Below, piece after piece: positions 24,201 through 31,985 of a stretch of DNA of 32,000 nucleotides. The notes beneath the pieces were generated by a model. It was not told the origin of the DNA. It made no database searches and saw only the letters and a list, made by a program, of their open reading frames with translations. Position 1 is the stretch's first letter. Every line of letters begins with the position of its first letter. The translations under genes and the position numbers were made by a program. The stretch comes from Trichlorobacter lovleyi SZ. Lineage in GTDB: Bacteria; Desulfobacterota; Desulfuromonadia; Geobacterales; Pseudopelobacteraceae. The stretch covers positions 3,600,001-3,632,000 of the forward strand of contig NC_010814.1 of NCBI RefSeq assembly GCF_000020385.1. The letters run 5' to 3'.

Positions 24201-25522
24201 ACTGATTGCCGTCCTGCAGCAAAGTTTGAGACCGGCCCCACCGCGGCAACGGAACGGTCTTCAAAAGGGCGTGCAAGCCGGTCGAGCCAGCCGGCTGTTA
24301 CCACGGTATCAGGGTTCAGCAGCACCACAAAGGGAGTAGCAGCCAGCCTGATCCCCTGGTTGGATGCCACCGAAAACCCACGATTCGACGTATTTTTGAT
24401 CAGTTGCAGCGGCAGTCCGGATTGCAGCTTCTGCACCAGAGCGCAGGTAGTATCCTGCGAAAGGTTATCGACGACAATCACCTGATCACCGGGCCGCATG
24501 GTTCGCGCCAGACTTTCCAGGCAGGCCACAATGGTCTTTGAGGAATTGTAGGTTACCACAACGATGGTTGCCGCCTGATCGCCGGGCTGTGGCGCATCAA
24601 TCCAGCCCAGAATCTGTGCCCCCCATTTTTCAAAAAACAGCGTACGGTTCCGTTGCCAGGCTTGCTCAAAACGTGCCGCCTGTCCGGCTGTCCTCTGCTG
24701 CAAGCCGGTCACAAGCGGATCATCAGCGGCAAGGGTGACCCCCTTCTGTTGCAAAACCCCCAGATAGCGTTCCAGGACCAAGGCTTCGGCCTTCAAGGTA
24801 CCGCCCTGGTGATGGATCAGCGGACTCTCCGGGCAGACCCATGCAAGCAACCCCTGTGACCGGAATGCCAGACAGAGATCATCATCCTCCCAACCGTTTT
24901 CATAGCGTTCATCAAAGGGGCCAAAGCTGAAAAACTGTTCACGGCGCAGCAGTATGCATGCCCCGGTAACTGTCAGAAACGCCCCCCCGCCCTGCACATC
25001 TGACAGGTCGGCCGGTTGCCCATAGCGATAATGTTCGCTGCAGGGCAGCCCATCGGCAGCCACGCTCCAACGCTTGCCACAGTGTTGAATGGTGCCATTG
25101 GGAAACAGGAGACGCGGTGCCACGATACCAATCTCCGGTCGCTGCTGCAGCACCCTGACAAGGGGCTCACACCATCCTGCTGCCTGGGCCTCAATGTCAT
25201 TGTTCATAAACAGCAGCAACGTTCCGCGTGCCTCGCGGGCTCCGCAGTTACAGGCCCGGGCAAAACTGTGCGGTGCCTGGTTGCTGATCAGCCTGATCCG
25301 TAGTTCAGCAGGATAAAGCTGCGACAAGGCCACGACCGTCTCATCACTGGAACCGTCGTCAACAACAATAATCTCAAAAGGGAGAGCAGGAGGAAAGCAG
25401 AGGAGAGACGAAATACAGGCACGGGTCAGATGCCACTGGTTGTGAACCGGAATGATGATGGAAAGCGCTGGGCCAGTCAAGGAGGCATGAGCCGCCTTGA
25501 CTGGTGTTTCTTCAGCAGACAT
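21215..25522 (-). CDS. Giant multidomain glycosyltransferase: four GT2 (GT-A) domains, a helical linker and C-terminal TPR repeats
   Basis: 1435-aa ORF. GT2-1 spans aa ~20-240 (LSIIIPVHNQ, IIVVDDGSSDET, FMNNDIE, ENGWEDDDLC). GT2-2 spans aa ~318-535 (IVVVTYNS, VIVVDNLSQDTT, LLNPDTVV, LGNDDLELSWR). GT2-3 spans aa ~612-830 (VSIIILTFNQ, LIFVDNGSSDGT, LLNNDVVV, GNYEDDDFC). GT2-4 spans aa ~1042-1230 (VALCMIVKDEE, MIVVDTGSSDRT, LVMDADEQI). TPRs span aa ~1240-1400. The ATG lies 5 nt after the stop of the upstream TPR gene. Confidence 0.85.
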   Translation of the reverse strand: MSAEETPVKAAHASLTGPALSIIIPVHNQWHLTRACISSLLCFPPALPFEIIVVDDGSSDETVVALSQLYPAELRIRLISNQAPHSFARACNCGAREARGTLLLFMNNDIEAQAAGWCEPLVRVLQQRPEIGIVAPRLLFPNGTIQHCGKRWSVAADGLPCSEHYRYGQPADLSDVQGGGAFLTVTGACILLRREQFFSFGPFDERYENGWEDDDLCLAFRSQGLLAWVCPESPLIHHQGGTLKAEALVLERYLGVLQQKGVTLAADDPLVTGLQQRTAGQAARFEQAWQRNRTLFFEKWGAQILGWIDAPQPGDQAATIVVVTYNSSKTIVACLESLARTMRPGDQVIVVDNLSQDTTCALVQKLQSGLPLQLIKNTSNRGFSVASNQGIRLAATPFVVLLNPDTVVTAGWLDRLARPFEDRSVAAVGPVSNFAAGRQSVACHWQGELPHGIDPEQAAELLCRMNQGRSEKTRLLIGFCLMIRLELLHRLGGLDERLFLGNDDLELSWRLRLHGYRLMIAADTFVWHEGQHSFKSAPVTTTGRLVQESSDALYRILAAHYGAGRVPAPMELWGIDWFTPSRPDYNQTVRFDRVLNLPRAWEMPVAGNGRPLVSIIILTFNQWACTEQCLASIRQHTPEPHELIFVDNGSSDGTRTRLQELSAADADCHLILNDRNLGYAAGCNQGLQLARGEYLVLLNNDVVVTSEWLSGLLECHISHPRTGIAGPLSNSASGIQVLPLPDYTAAGGLDGFAAEFRIRNRFRRVRSRRIVGFCMLFHRTLMEEIGLLDEQFGSGNYEDDDFCIRAAVAGRQNLVASDVYIHHHGSMTFKGNRIDYRPALVRNAALFHEKWSRPVTDPDLGRRIAVCRLLEQGEQLLLDERIDEALVLLRQAVIEHPGVPLLAELLERAISSANHTCPVLQQVELARAEGCEEYADALLLKGFILEPWRLELQDALLELGRRQGGAGLAQYADEAFRLYPHSRGLARLRIELADLENSSETSLVWAEAFLDQFGPDDRVLQAGMKQRHLSGPYHVAAQPGRSVALCMIVKDEERQLARCLASCKPLVHEMIVVDTGSSDRTRQIAGLFGALVVDQAWQHDFSAARNRSIELATADWILVMDADEQISVRDYQLFRDVLAAASPRQSYSLTTRNYTLSTGLEGFVACRGEYPENEAGAGWTPSDKVRLFPNQHDIRFRGAIHEMVEETAQQAGLSVVQHPVPVHHYGTLQQQKNKTKQEQYLALGLKKLAEQPDDPKALYELAVQAAELEQYVTAEQLWIRLLSQQPDLAKGWFNLGYVLLRQGKLREAVDASTHALAIDPAFTDALVNKTICETCLYTGDEAYRYAMQAQQCCPGNPVLLGLAVLALYRIGNPAEGRQLLRQLRAAGTDCRQLFCGVRCSLLQQQGNSPELAAVAQAIADASASGTVAESTSSCS

Positions 25523-25527
25523 GGCGA

Positions 25528-26454
25528 TCAGACGCCGGACAGAAAAGTCCGGGCTTCAGTATTCCACGGTTGCAAGGCAAGCACCTTGTTAATAAATATG
25601 CGAGACTGTTCAGGCAGTTTCGCTTCCTTAGAGAAGATTGCCAGCGCTGTCAGCACCTCAACATCATTGGGATATTCCTTTATCAGCTGGGTATAGATTT
25701 CAACCGCCTCATCAATCATCCCACAGGCTGTATAGTACAAGTCTGCCAGGTTCTTGCGATACATAAGATTTGCCGGTTCACACTTCACCGCCTGTTCATG
25801 GTGAAAACGGGCTTGGTCATACTCCCCCCGCCGGCTGTAGACAATGCCCAGGTTATTGTGGGCCAGTGCGCTGGCAGGATTTTGGGCCAACAACTGTTGC
25901 AGGGGTGCCAGCTCCTCATCCTGCTGTGGCAACAATGCAGGCTGACGGTATTCTGCCGCCGAAACCGGCCCGTCCAGACGGGCCAGGATCTCCCTCACCT
26001 CAGCATTGCCCGGCTCCAGCTGGTTGGCTTTACGGTAAAAGGCCCGTGCTTCTTCAGGCTGGCCGACCGTCTCACTGATATTACCCAAAGCGGTCAGGAT
26101 CTCAAAGTCATTCGGCCAGGCGTTCAGCAGTTCCGTCAGCATCTCAATCGCATCGTCGGTCCAGCCCAGGACGACAAAGTAGAATTCTGCCAGATTCTTG
26201 ATAACGGTCGGATTATTCGGTTGCAGCCGATTGGCCTTCTCGTAATGGGCCAGCGCAAGCAGGTCATTACCGGACTGGTGATAGAGCACCCCCAGATCGT
26301 TATGGGCAAGCGGTACATCCGGAAACATCTTCAGGAAAGTCTTGATCTCCGCGATCGCCTCCGCGGACTCTCGTGACAAACAGGTCCTCAGACGCTGGTA
26401 GGCGTTCTGAGCTTCATATTGATTGTACGGAATAACGGAGGTGGTCATAAACAA
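25528..26454 (-). CDS. Stand-alone TPR-repeat protein (internally duplicated ~110-aa module)
   Basis: 308-aa ORF with RBS AAGGAG 9 nt upstream (minus strand). It holds two collinear halves: AHNDLGVLYHQSGN...PNNPTVIKNLAEFY...WPNDFEILTALG and AHNNLGIVYSRRGE...PANLMYRKNLADLY...YPNDVEVLTALA. Confidence 0.85.
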   Translation of the reverse strand: MFMTTSVIPYNQYEAQNAYQRLRTCLSRESAEAIAEIKTFLKMFPDVPLAHNDLGVLYHQSGNDLLALAHYEKANRLQPNNPTVIKNLAEFYFVVLGWTDDAIEMLTELLNAWPNDFEILTALGNISETVGQPEEARAFYRKANQLEPGNAEVREILARLDGPVSAAEYRQPALLPQQDEELAPLQQLLAQNPASALAHNNLGIVYSRRGEYDQARFHHEQAVKCEPANLMYRKNLADLYYTACGMIDEAVEIYTQLIKEYPNDVEVLTALAIFSKEAKLPEQSRIFINKVLALQPWNTEARTFLSGV

Positions 26455-26521
26455 ATCTCCTTAGCTCACGATCTAATATTCGAACGAGTAATTCTACCCA
26501 TATCAGTCAAAGATGCAATGA

Positions 26522-28531
26522 TTATTGCGCTGTCGTGCTGTCTCTACGAGCCATATAGCGGGCAATCCGCTCCAGTCGCTGTTGATAGCGTTGTTGGTAA
26601 CTCTCAAATATCTCAGCAATCTCCGGATCAGCAATGTGGCGCTTATTGGAGATTCCTTCCGGAGTATACCAATAAAGGCCTGTTATTATTGGTATATGCA
26701 ACAACTGAAACCGCTCGGCAATCCGTAGCCACATCTCCTGATCACCGATGGCAAGATACTTTTCATTAAAGTAGCCAACGTAGTCATGCACCTGTCGTCG
26801 CCACATCGGATGGGGACCGACACAACAATTTTCGATATGATGCTCAAAGGAATACGGTGGCCAAGCAAACTGGCCACAGCGATCATGCCGGGCAAAGGTC
26901 TGATGGGGGTACAGCGTCAGCCAGGTGTCACCATAGACCAGCATCACTTCAGGATTTTCATCCAGCGCCTTTTTCAATAACTCACAGGCGGTGGGCGCCA
27001 AACGGTCATTCGTGCTGAACGAAAGCAGGTAACTCCCTTGCGCGGCCTTGATGGCCACGTTCCAGGCGGCATAAATACCAATTCTCTCGGAAGTTCGTAT
27101 ATATTTAATGTTTCGGTGTTTCCCCTGAAATTCTTCAATAATTATCCGCTCATTTTCCGGCGAGGCAGCATCCACGACAACCACTTCTATCTGCTCGAAG
27201 ATCGTCTGGGCAACCAGGTCTTCCAGACACTCCCGCATGAACGCCTCTGAGGCATAGGTGGTAACAATCACCGATACGACAGGCTTAACCTCCTGCTGCA
27301 TAGCAAAACTCTTCTGCATTGATGATATTGCCGGGTTATGCAACTCCGAAACAAGCGAAAGTAGCGGAGTAATGGTCTTGTCAAGATTCAGATGATTTGC
27401 AAAAAATTGTTCGGCATTCAAACCGCTTTGTTCAAGATCAGATCGACTCAGGTTAGCTAACACCCGCCCTGTATCGGTCACGCTGCCAACAACCCAGCCC
27501 AACCCAAACTGACGGACATGTCTGCTCATTTCTCCGATCTCGTTTACCACTATTGGCAGACCATATTGGAGGTAGGTTGCAATCTTGCCAGATGCAAGCC
27601 CTATATGTTCCAAGTTCTTACCATCAATTGGATGGTCTTTATGGTAATAGGGTGTATAAAAAGCGCAGCCAGCATCGCATGCCTGAATAAGTTCGCCGAG
27701 CTCCGAAAACTCCAGGGGGCCAAATGGCGAGACTAACAATCGGTTATGCGGAAAACTTGCAACTACATCAAATACATCAGACGGATAACAGCCATAACGG
27801 TGGTGAATCAGCAGCGACCAGTCATCCGGCCAGGTGTGAAGACTGCGTAACAACTCGTGAATACCGGTCCATATAGCTGTGATTTCACCCATATACAACA
27901 GTATCTTTTGTTTTTGTGGCAACGAAAAATGGTGATGGATACGATAATTTCTACTGATGTGCTTAACACCACGACCGGCAACTGGGATTTTTACGATTCG
28001 TTCAAGCGGGATGCCATTTTCCAAAGACAAATCAGCAGCACGCAGGTCATCCTGGGCAATTGCAAACAGCAGATTTCGTGAGGCCTCAATCTCCATCTGT
28101 TTCTGCCAGGAGGAAACCACATCAGCAAAATAGAGTTCATATGATATCAATGCATGTGGAACACCCTGCTGTGCGGCAACAAGCGCAGCTTCAACTATTC
28201 CCAGATCAACGCCAATAATCAGCGTATATAGCGGCAGCTCTTTTGTAATATAATTTTGCAGTGTCCCAGAATTTTCAATGCATCCGGGGGGAAGCAAAAA
28301 GAAGAAGTCAGCAGGATAACCGGTACGGCCTTGGCGAGGAATACTGATAAAAGTAGCCAAACTGTGGGGTGTACTCGCTGGTATTCCAGGTTCACCAGGG
28401 CTATAGATATCAACCAGATAGCCGTTATTGCACAGAATATCCACCATACCCCAAAGATTAGGATTGTTAGAAATGTTACCTTCGGGATGAATGAGCATGA
28501 TACGTGCTCTGTCAGCACTGGCTACTCTCAT
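26522..28531 (-). CDS. Bifunctional glycosyltransferase: N-terminal GT-B-like domain + C-terminal GT2 domain
   Basis: The track ORF starts at 28555. ATG 28531 forms an ATGA overlap with the upstream stop and is preferred. The C-terminal ~250 aa are GT2 ([42 protein letters not shown]). The N-terminal ~400 aa are GT-B-like ([24 protein letters not shown]). Confidence 0.8.
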   Translation of the reverse strand: MRVASADRARIMLIHPEGNISNNPNLWGMVDILCNNGYLVDIYSPGEPGIPASTPHSLATFISIPRQGRTGYPADFFFLLPPGCIENSGTLQNYITKELPLYTLIIGVDLGIVEAALVAAQQGVPHALISYELYFADVVSSWQKQMEIEASRNLLFAIAQDDLRAADLSLENGIPLERIVKIPVAGRGVKHISRNYRIHHHFSLPQKQKILLYMGEITAIWTGIHELLRSLHTWPDDWSLLIHHRYGCYPSDVFDVVASFPHNRLLVSPFGPLEFSELGELIQACDAGCAFYTPYYHKDHPIDGKNLEHIGLASGKIATYLQYGLPIVVNEIGEMSRHVRQFGLGWVVGSVTDTGRVLANLSRSDLEQSGLNAEQFFANHLNLDKTITPLLSLVSELHNPAISSMQKSFAMQQEVKPVVSVIVTTYASEAFMRECLEDLVAQTIFEQIEVVVVDAASPENERIIIEEFQGKHRNIKYIRTSERIGIYAAWNVAIKAAQGSYLLSFSTNDRLAPTACELLKKALDENPEVMLVYGDTWLTLYPHQTFARHDRCGQFAWPPYSFEHHIENCCVGPHPMWRRQVHDYVGYFNEKYLAIGDQEMWLRIAERFQLLHIPIITGLYWYTPEGISNKRHIADPEIAEIFESYQQRYQQRLERIARYMARRDSTTAQ

Positions 28532-29277
28532 GAACAGACCACCAAGGCATTCCAAGTATCAAAACCAAGTGGTCTAGCGGTAAGCCACTCTTCAGCCCGC
28601 ACCACCTCAAAACCAGCCTCCTGCAACATCAAGGAAAGTTCCGGCAGATACAGATAGCGCATTCGATGTGTTTCCCTCACCTCCTGGACTTCTTTGGTCA
28701 GCAGATTCCTTGCAAAAAGATGATAGTTTACATCAACCAGATTCTGATTGGGATGCATGACGGGGCTGGCTATCCGGGTTATGCTGATTGTATCATCGAC
28801 AAGCTCTTTTACCCGCACAGCAGGCCTGTCAGTCAGAACTGCGGGGCCATACCAACAGTCAAAGATAAAAATCCCACCAGACTTAAGGTGTTGTCGAGCC
28901 GTGCCAAATGCAGCCATCAAATCAGCGTTTTCAGCTTGGTAGCTCATGACGTGAAACAAGGAGATAATCACGTCAAAGGTCATGTCCAGACGAACCGTGC
29001 GCACATCATCCTGCACATAACGAACAGCAGCATATCCCTCTGCCGCTTGACGTGCAGCAGCCAGCATATCTTCTGAAAGATCAACACCGGTCATGGCATA
29101 GCCCTTCTCTGACAGGAGCCGGTCATGCCTGCCTGAACCACAACCCAGGTTCAAAATCGAATGTGCTGCTGGACAATGTTGCTGTAGTATATCGTGAATA
29201 TATGCGACTTCAGCAGCATAGTCTTTATCGCGATACAGCAAATCATAGTATCGGGCATACTCACCAAAAAGACTCAT
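28528..29277 (-). CDS. Class I SAM-dependent methyltransferase, TylM1/DesVI-like (candidate amino-sugar N-methyltransferase)
   Basis: 249 aa. [21 protein letters not shown]...[11 protein letters not shown]...[13 protein letters not shown]...DDVR...[13 protein letters not shown]...[16 protein letters not shown] is collinear with my recollection of TylM1 (YDLVHQGKGKDY..EA...LLDVACGTGMH...GLELSADML..AR...GDMR...FSAVTCMFSSIGH...DGVVVVEPWWFP). ATGA overlap with the upstream aminotransferase gene. Confidence 0.7.
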   Translation of the reverse strand: MSLFGEYARYYDLLYRDKDYAAEVAYIHDILQQHCPAAHSILNLGCGSGRHDRLLSEKGYAMTGVDLSEDMLAAARQAAEGYAAVRYVQDDVRTVRLDMTFDVIISLFHVMSYQAENADLMAAFGTARQHLKSGGIFIFDCWYGPAVLTDRPAVRVKELVDDTISITRIASPVMHPNQNLVDVNYHLFARNLLTKEVQEVRETHRMRYLYLPELSLMLQEAGFEVVRAEEWLTARPLGFDTWNALVVCS

Positions 29278-30380
29278 TTCAGACTCTCCCGAACAGTAGT
29301 AGTTACAGAAACTATCTGTTCATCGGTTATGGTCAAACCGCTGGGAAGATACACCCCCTGCCGAGCCAGCCGGTCTGCCACCGGAAACTGTTCACCCTGG
29401 AAAAGACCCATTTTCTGGAAAACCGGCTGCTGATGCATGCCAAGAAAAAAAGGACGCGTTTCAATATGCGCTTCGCGCAAGCGGTCTGCCAACATTATGG
29501 CCGTCACCCCCGTGCTCTCACCGACGACAACGCCCAATACCCAATAGACACTCTTGGCCCACGCCTCTTCGACCTGCATGCGTATCCCTGCAACATCCCG
29601 TAACTGCTCGGCATAAGCGGCAGCAATGGCCCTTTTACGGGCCACGATTCCATCCATCCGATCAATCTGTCCGACCCCCAGTGCCGCCTGGATATTCGTC
29701 ATTCTATAATTATAACCCAGTTCATCATGCAAAAAACGCTGCTGCTTCTGAAAACAGAGATTCCGCAGACTCCGTGCCCGCTCAGCATGTTCCGGTGTAC
29801 GCACCAGCACCATCCCGCCCTCGCCGGTAGTCACCAGCTTGTTGGCATAAAAACTGAAAGTACTGATATCCGCCAGGCCACCGCAGCGGCGTCCCTTGTA
29901 TTCCGCCCCGTGCACTTCAGCGGCATCTTCAATGACCGTTAGATGGTGCCTGCGGGCAACGTCCGTAATCAAATCCATATCAGCAGGATGACCGTAGATA
30001 TGTACTACAAGGATAGCCTTTGTTCTTGGGCCTATCTTTGCCTCTATCTGACCTGCATCCATCTGCCAGTTGTGCGGCTCACTGTCCACAAGCACAGGAA
30101 CACCACCTGCGCGTACTATCGACTGGGCAGGAGAGATAATGGTGAAGGTTGGCATAATAACTTCATCGCCCGGCTGAAGATTGAGCAGTCCAACCGCCAG
30201 ATCCAGCGCAACAGAACCATTACTGACGGCGATACCAAACGGCATGCCACAATAAGCAGCCCAGCGCTGTTCAAACAGATCCAGATACATGCCCGCCGAT
30301 GATATCCAGCCTGACTTCAGTGCATCATTTACCAGGGCAATGTCACGTTCCGTTATACACGGTTCAGAAACTGGAAGCAT
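29274..30380 (-). CDS. DegT/DnrJ/EryC1/StrS-family PLP-dependent sugar-nucleotide aminotransferase (perosamine-synthase-like by motif)
   Basis: The ATG at 30380 overlaps the upstream TGA by 1 nt (TGATG); the track used the TTG at 30383. Motifs: SEPCITERD, SGWISS, VSNGSVAL, GDEVIMPTFT, VHIYGHP, the active-site Lys context FSFYANKLVTTGEGGM, YNYRMTNIQAALGVGQ and ETRPFF. Confidence 0.9.
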   Translation of the reverse strand: MLPVSEPCITERDIALVNDALKSGWISSAGMYLDLFEQRWAAYCGMPFGIAVSNGSVALDLAVGLLNLQPGDEVIMPTFTIISPAQSIVRAGGVPVLVDSEPHNWQMDAGQIEAKIGPRTKAILVVHIYGHPADMDLITDVARRHHLTVIEDAAEVHGAEYKGRRCGGLADISTFSFYANKLVTTGEGGMVLVRTPEHAERARSLRNLCFQKQQRFLHDELGYNYRMTNIQAALGVGQIDRMDGIVARKRAIAAAYAEQLRDVAGIRMQVEEAWAKSVYWVLGVVVGESTGVTAIMLADRLREAHIETRPFFLGMHQQPVFQKMGLFQGEQFPVADRLARQGVYLPSGLTITDEQIVSVTTTVRESLK

Positions 30381-30826
30381 CAAAAGCGCTCCTTCTCTAC
30401 CAAGCCGGTATAGGGCCCCTGCTTCAGTTCAAAAAAAATCGTATCCTCAAGACATTTCAGGCGATGACCGCCAGAGACCAGCAGGATGATATCACCCTCT
30501 TCAAGGTTCCAGATCCCAATCAGGCACTTATCCAATCCATACAGTTCCACCTCCGCCCTGCCCTTACGAATAAGCAATGTTTCCGGAGTACCCACCAGAT
30601 GGCGTTGCAGCGGTAGATGGGTATGCCGGGCAACCACGCCATCCTTTGGGTAGACCACAAAGCCGGCTTGCTGATAATAGCTGTCCGGGGAGATGAAAGT
30701 CGTGGTTTCCGGCATATAATCCTTACGGATAATGGTAGCAATATGCTGGTCGTGCCAGACAACATGCTCCACAAGATGGGATGGAGTGTATTCTTCTGAA
30801 ATGATTTGATCAGCTTCTGTTGGCAT
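30380..30826 (-). CDS. Cupin-fold protein, candidate NDP-sugar ketoisomerase/epimerase (specific activity not assignable)
   Basis: 148-aa ORF with GAGGAA upstream of the ATG. It has an HxH cupin motif (GVVARHTH) and a second motif EGDIILLVSGGH. It sits between methyltransferase and aminotransferase genes with overlapping stops and starts. Confidence 0.55.
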   Translation of the reverse strand: MPTEADQIISEEYTPSHLVEHVVWHDQHIATIIRKDYMPETTTFISPDSYYQQAGFVVYPKDGVVARHTHLPLQRHLVGTPETLLIRKGRAEVELYGLDKCLIGIWNLEEGDIILLVSGGHRLKCLEDTIFFELKQGPYTGLVEKERF

Positions 30827-31985
30827 AGGTTCCTCTATATGGGGTCCACATGGTATACAACCTGTCTTGAGGTCGCAGACGATCTAAAACCTTCTGGAGC
30901 ATTTTTTGCCGATGATAGCGGTACATTGCACAAATGATATAGATACATGTGTTCTTTGGCGTGAAGGTGTCCCACGCTTGCACCTTGATGCCGTTAATCA
31001 GAGACTGATGTTTATGGGGGTAATCATCAATCAGGGACTTACAGCTTGCTTCCCACTGCCCCTCCCATATTTGTTGCAGAACGCCACTGACCGCAAGAAA
31101 CACATTGCTTGCCCCATAGAAGCAGAGTTCAGCCCCCTGCTCGGTCAATTCCCGCCATTCTTGCTGGCTCAACACGACTTTTTCACTAAAAGCCCGGATT
31201 CTCTCCAGCCTATCCGACCAGCCTGTCCCCATCAGGCAGGTCCCACCTTTTTTTTTCCGGTAAAGAACTGTCAATTGGTATCCGCGATCAATGGCAACCA
31301 GCTGCAATCCCGCCTGTTCTCCCAGTAGTGCCAATGATTTCCCGGAGTAGTGCCCGACATGTTCCATCACCCATGGATCGATCCCTTCATCAAGATCGTT
31401 CTCCAGGTCCGGGACCTCCACCATCAGCAGGCCGTCTTCACGTAGAAAAGTAGCAATATGCTGCAAAAATGCCTGTGGGTAGAGCATGTGTTCCAGAACC
31501 TGCCGGGCAACTAACAAGTCAAAACTGGATGAAAGCTGAATCTGGCGAACATCTCCAAAAATGGTTGGTATCCCCACAAACGGCAAAGGCGAGCTTTCCA
31601 CCCCAAGCAGCTGAAGATCTGGGTAAAATGACTGAAGACCTGCCAGAAAGTCCCCCCTGTTCGAGCCCACCTCAACTACATGGCGAATCTGCGACCAGTC
31701 GCAATGCAGATCAAGAAAAGCCTTGGACATCTCTGCACGTGGATCTACCAGAGGAAATTCGTGTAGATCAGCACTCAGTAGCTGGTAAGCGTCATAGGCG
31801 GGGGCCATCCAGGTCTCGAATTCCCGGGGTTGAGCAAAGGCAGTAGCATTCCAGACAAAATGACAGGCCTCACATCCCTCCATAAAAAGTGGTCGAGTTT
31901 TTTCAGAATACATATGGACACTGCCAAGCTGCAGTTGACGGTCAAATAATGCTACAGCTGCATTTCCACAAATCGGGCAATTCAT
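30810..31985 (-). CDS. Zn-ribbon + class I SAM methyltransferase + C-terminal Rossmann-like domain (TylC3-type NDP-hexose C-methyltransferase-like architecture)
   Basis: 391-aa ORF with AGGA 6 nt upstream of the ATG. N-terminal 4-Cys ribbon (CPIC...CEAC), MTase core (VVEVGSNRGDFL, LVARQVLEHM, GLLMVEVPD) and C-terminal FYGASNVFLAV...LIDDYPHKHQSLINGIKV. This resembles the Methyltransf_13/23/14 arrangement of sugar C-methyltransferases. Confidence 0.55.
   Translation of the reverse strand: MNCPICGNAAVALFDRQLQLGSVHMYSEKTRPLFMEGCEACHFVWNATAFAQPREFETWMAPAYDAYQLLSADLHEFPLVDPRAEMSKAFLDLHCDWSQIRHVVEVGSNRGDFLAGLQSFYPDLQLLGVESSPLPFVGIPTIFGDVRQIQLSSSFDLLVARQVLEHMLYPQAFLQHIATFLREDGLLMVEVPDLENDLDEGIDPWVMEHVGHYSGKSLALLGEQAGLQLVAIDRGYQLTVLYRKKKGGTCLMGTGWSDRLERIRAFSEKVVLSQQEWRELTEQGAELCFYGASNVFLAVSGVLQQIWEGQWEASCKSLIDDYPHKHQSLINGIKVQAWDTFTPKNTCIYIICAMYRYHRQKMLQKVLDRLRPQDRLYTMWTPYRGTYANRS

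Noticed and set aside
29274-30380. Interpreting the DegT-family aminotransferase as PseC/LegC of a pseudaminic or legionaminic acid pathway, the usual flagellin sugars.
   Set aside because: No PseB/PseH/PseG/PseI/PseF (or Leg/Neu) homologs are visible anywhere in the window. Its immediate neighbours are methyltransferases and a cupin instead.
30380-30826. Assigning the cupin as an FdtA/Tyl1a 3,4-ketoisomerase and the cassette product as a mycaminose- or ravidosamine-type 3-dimethylamino sugar.
   Set aside because: The cupin has an HxH motif, but the rest does not clearly match FdtA/QdtA as I remember them. The aminotransferase looks at least as similar to C4-aminating perosamine synthases (YNYRMTN, RPFF). 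The regiochemistry is therefore left open.
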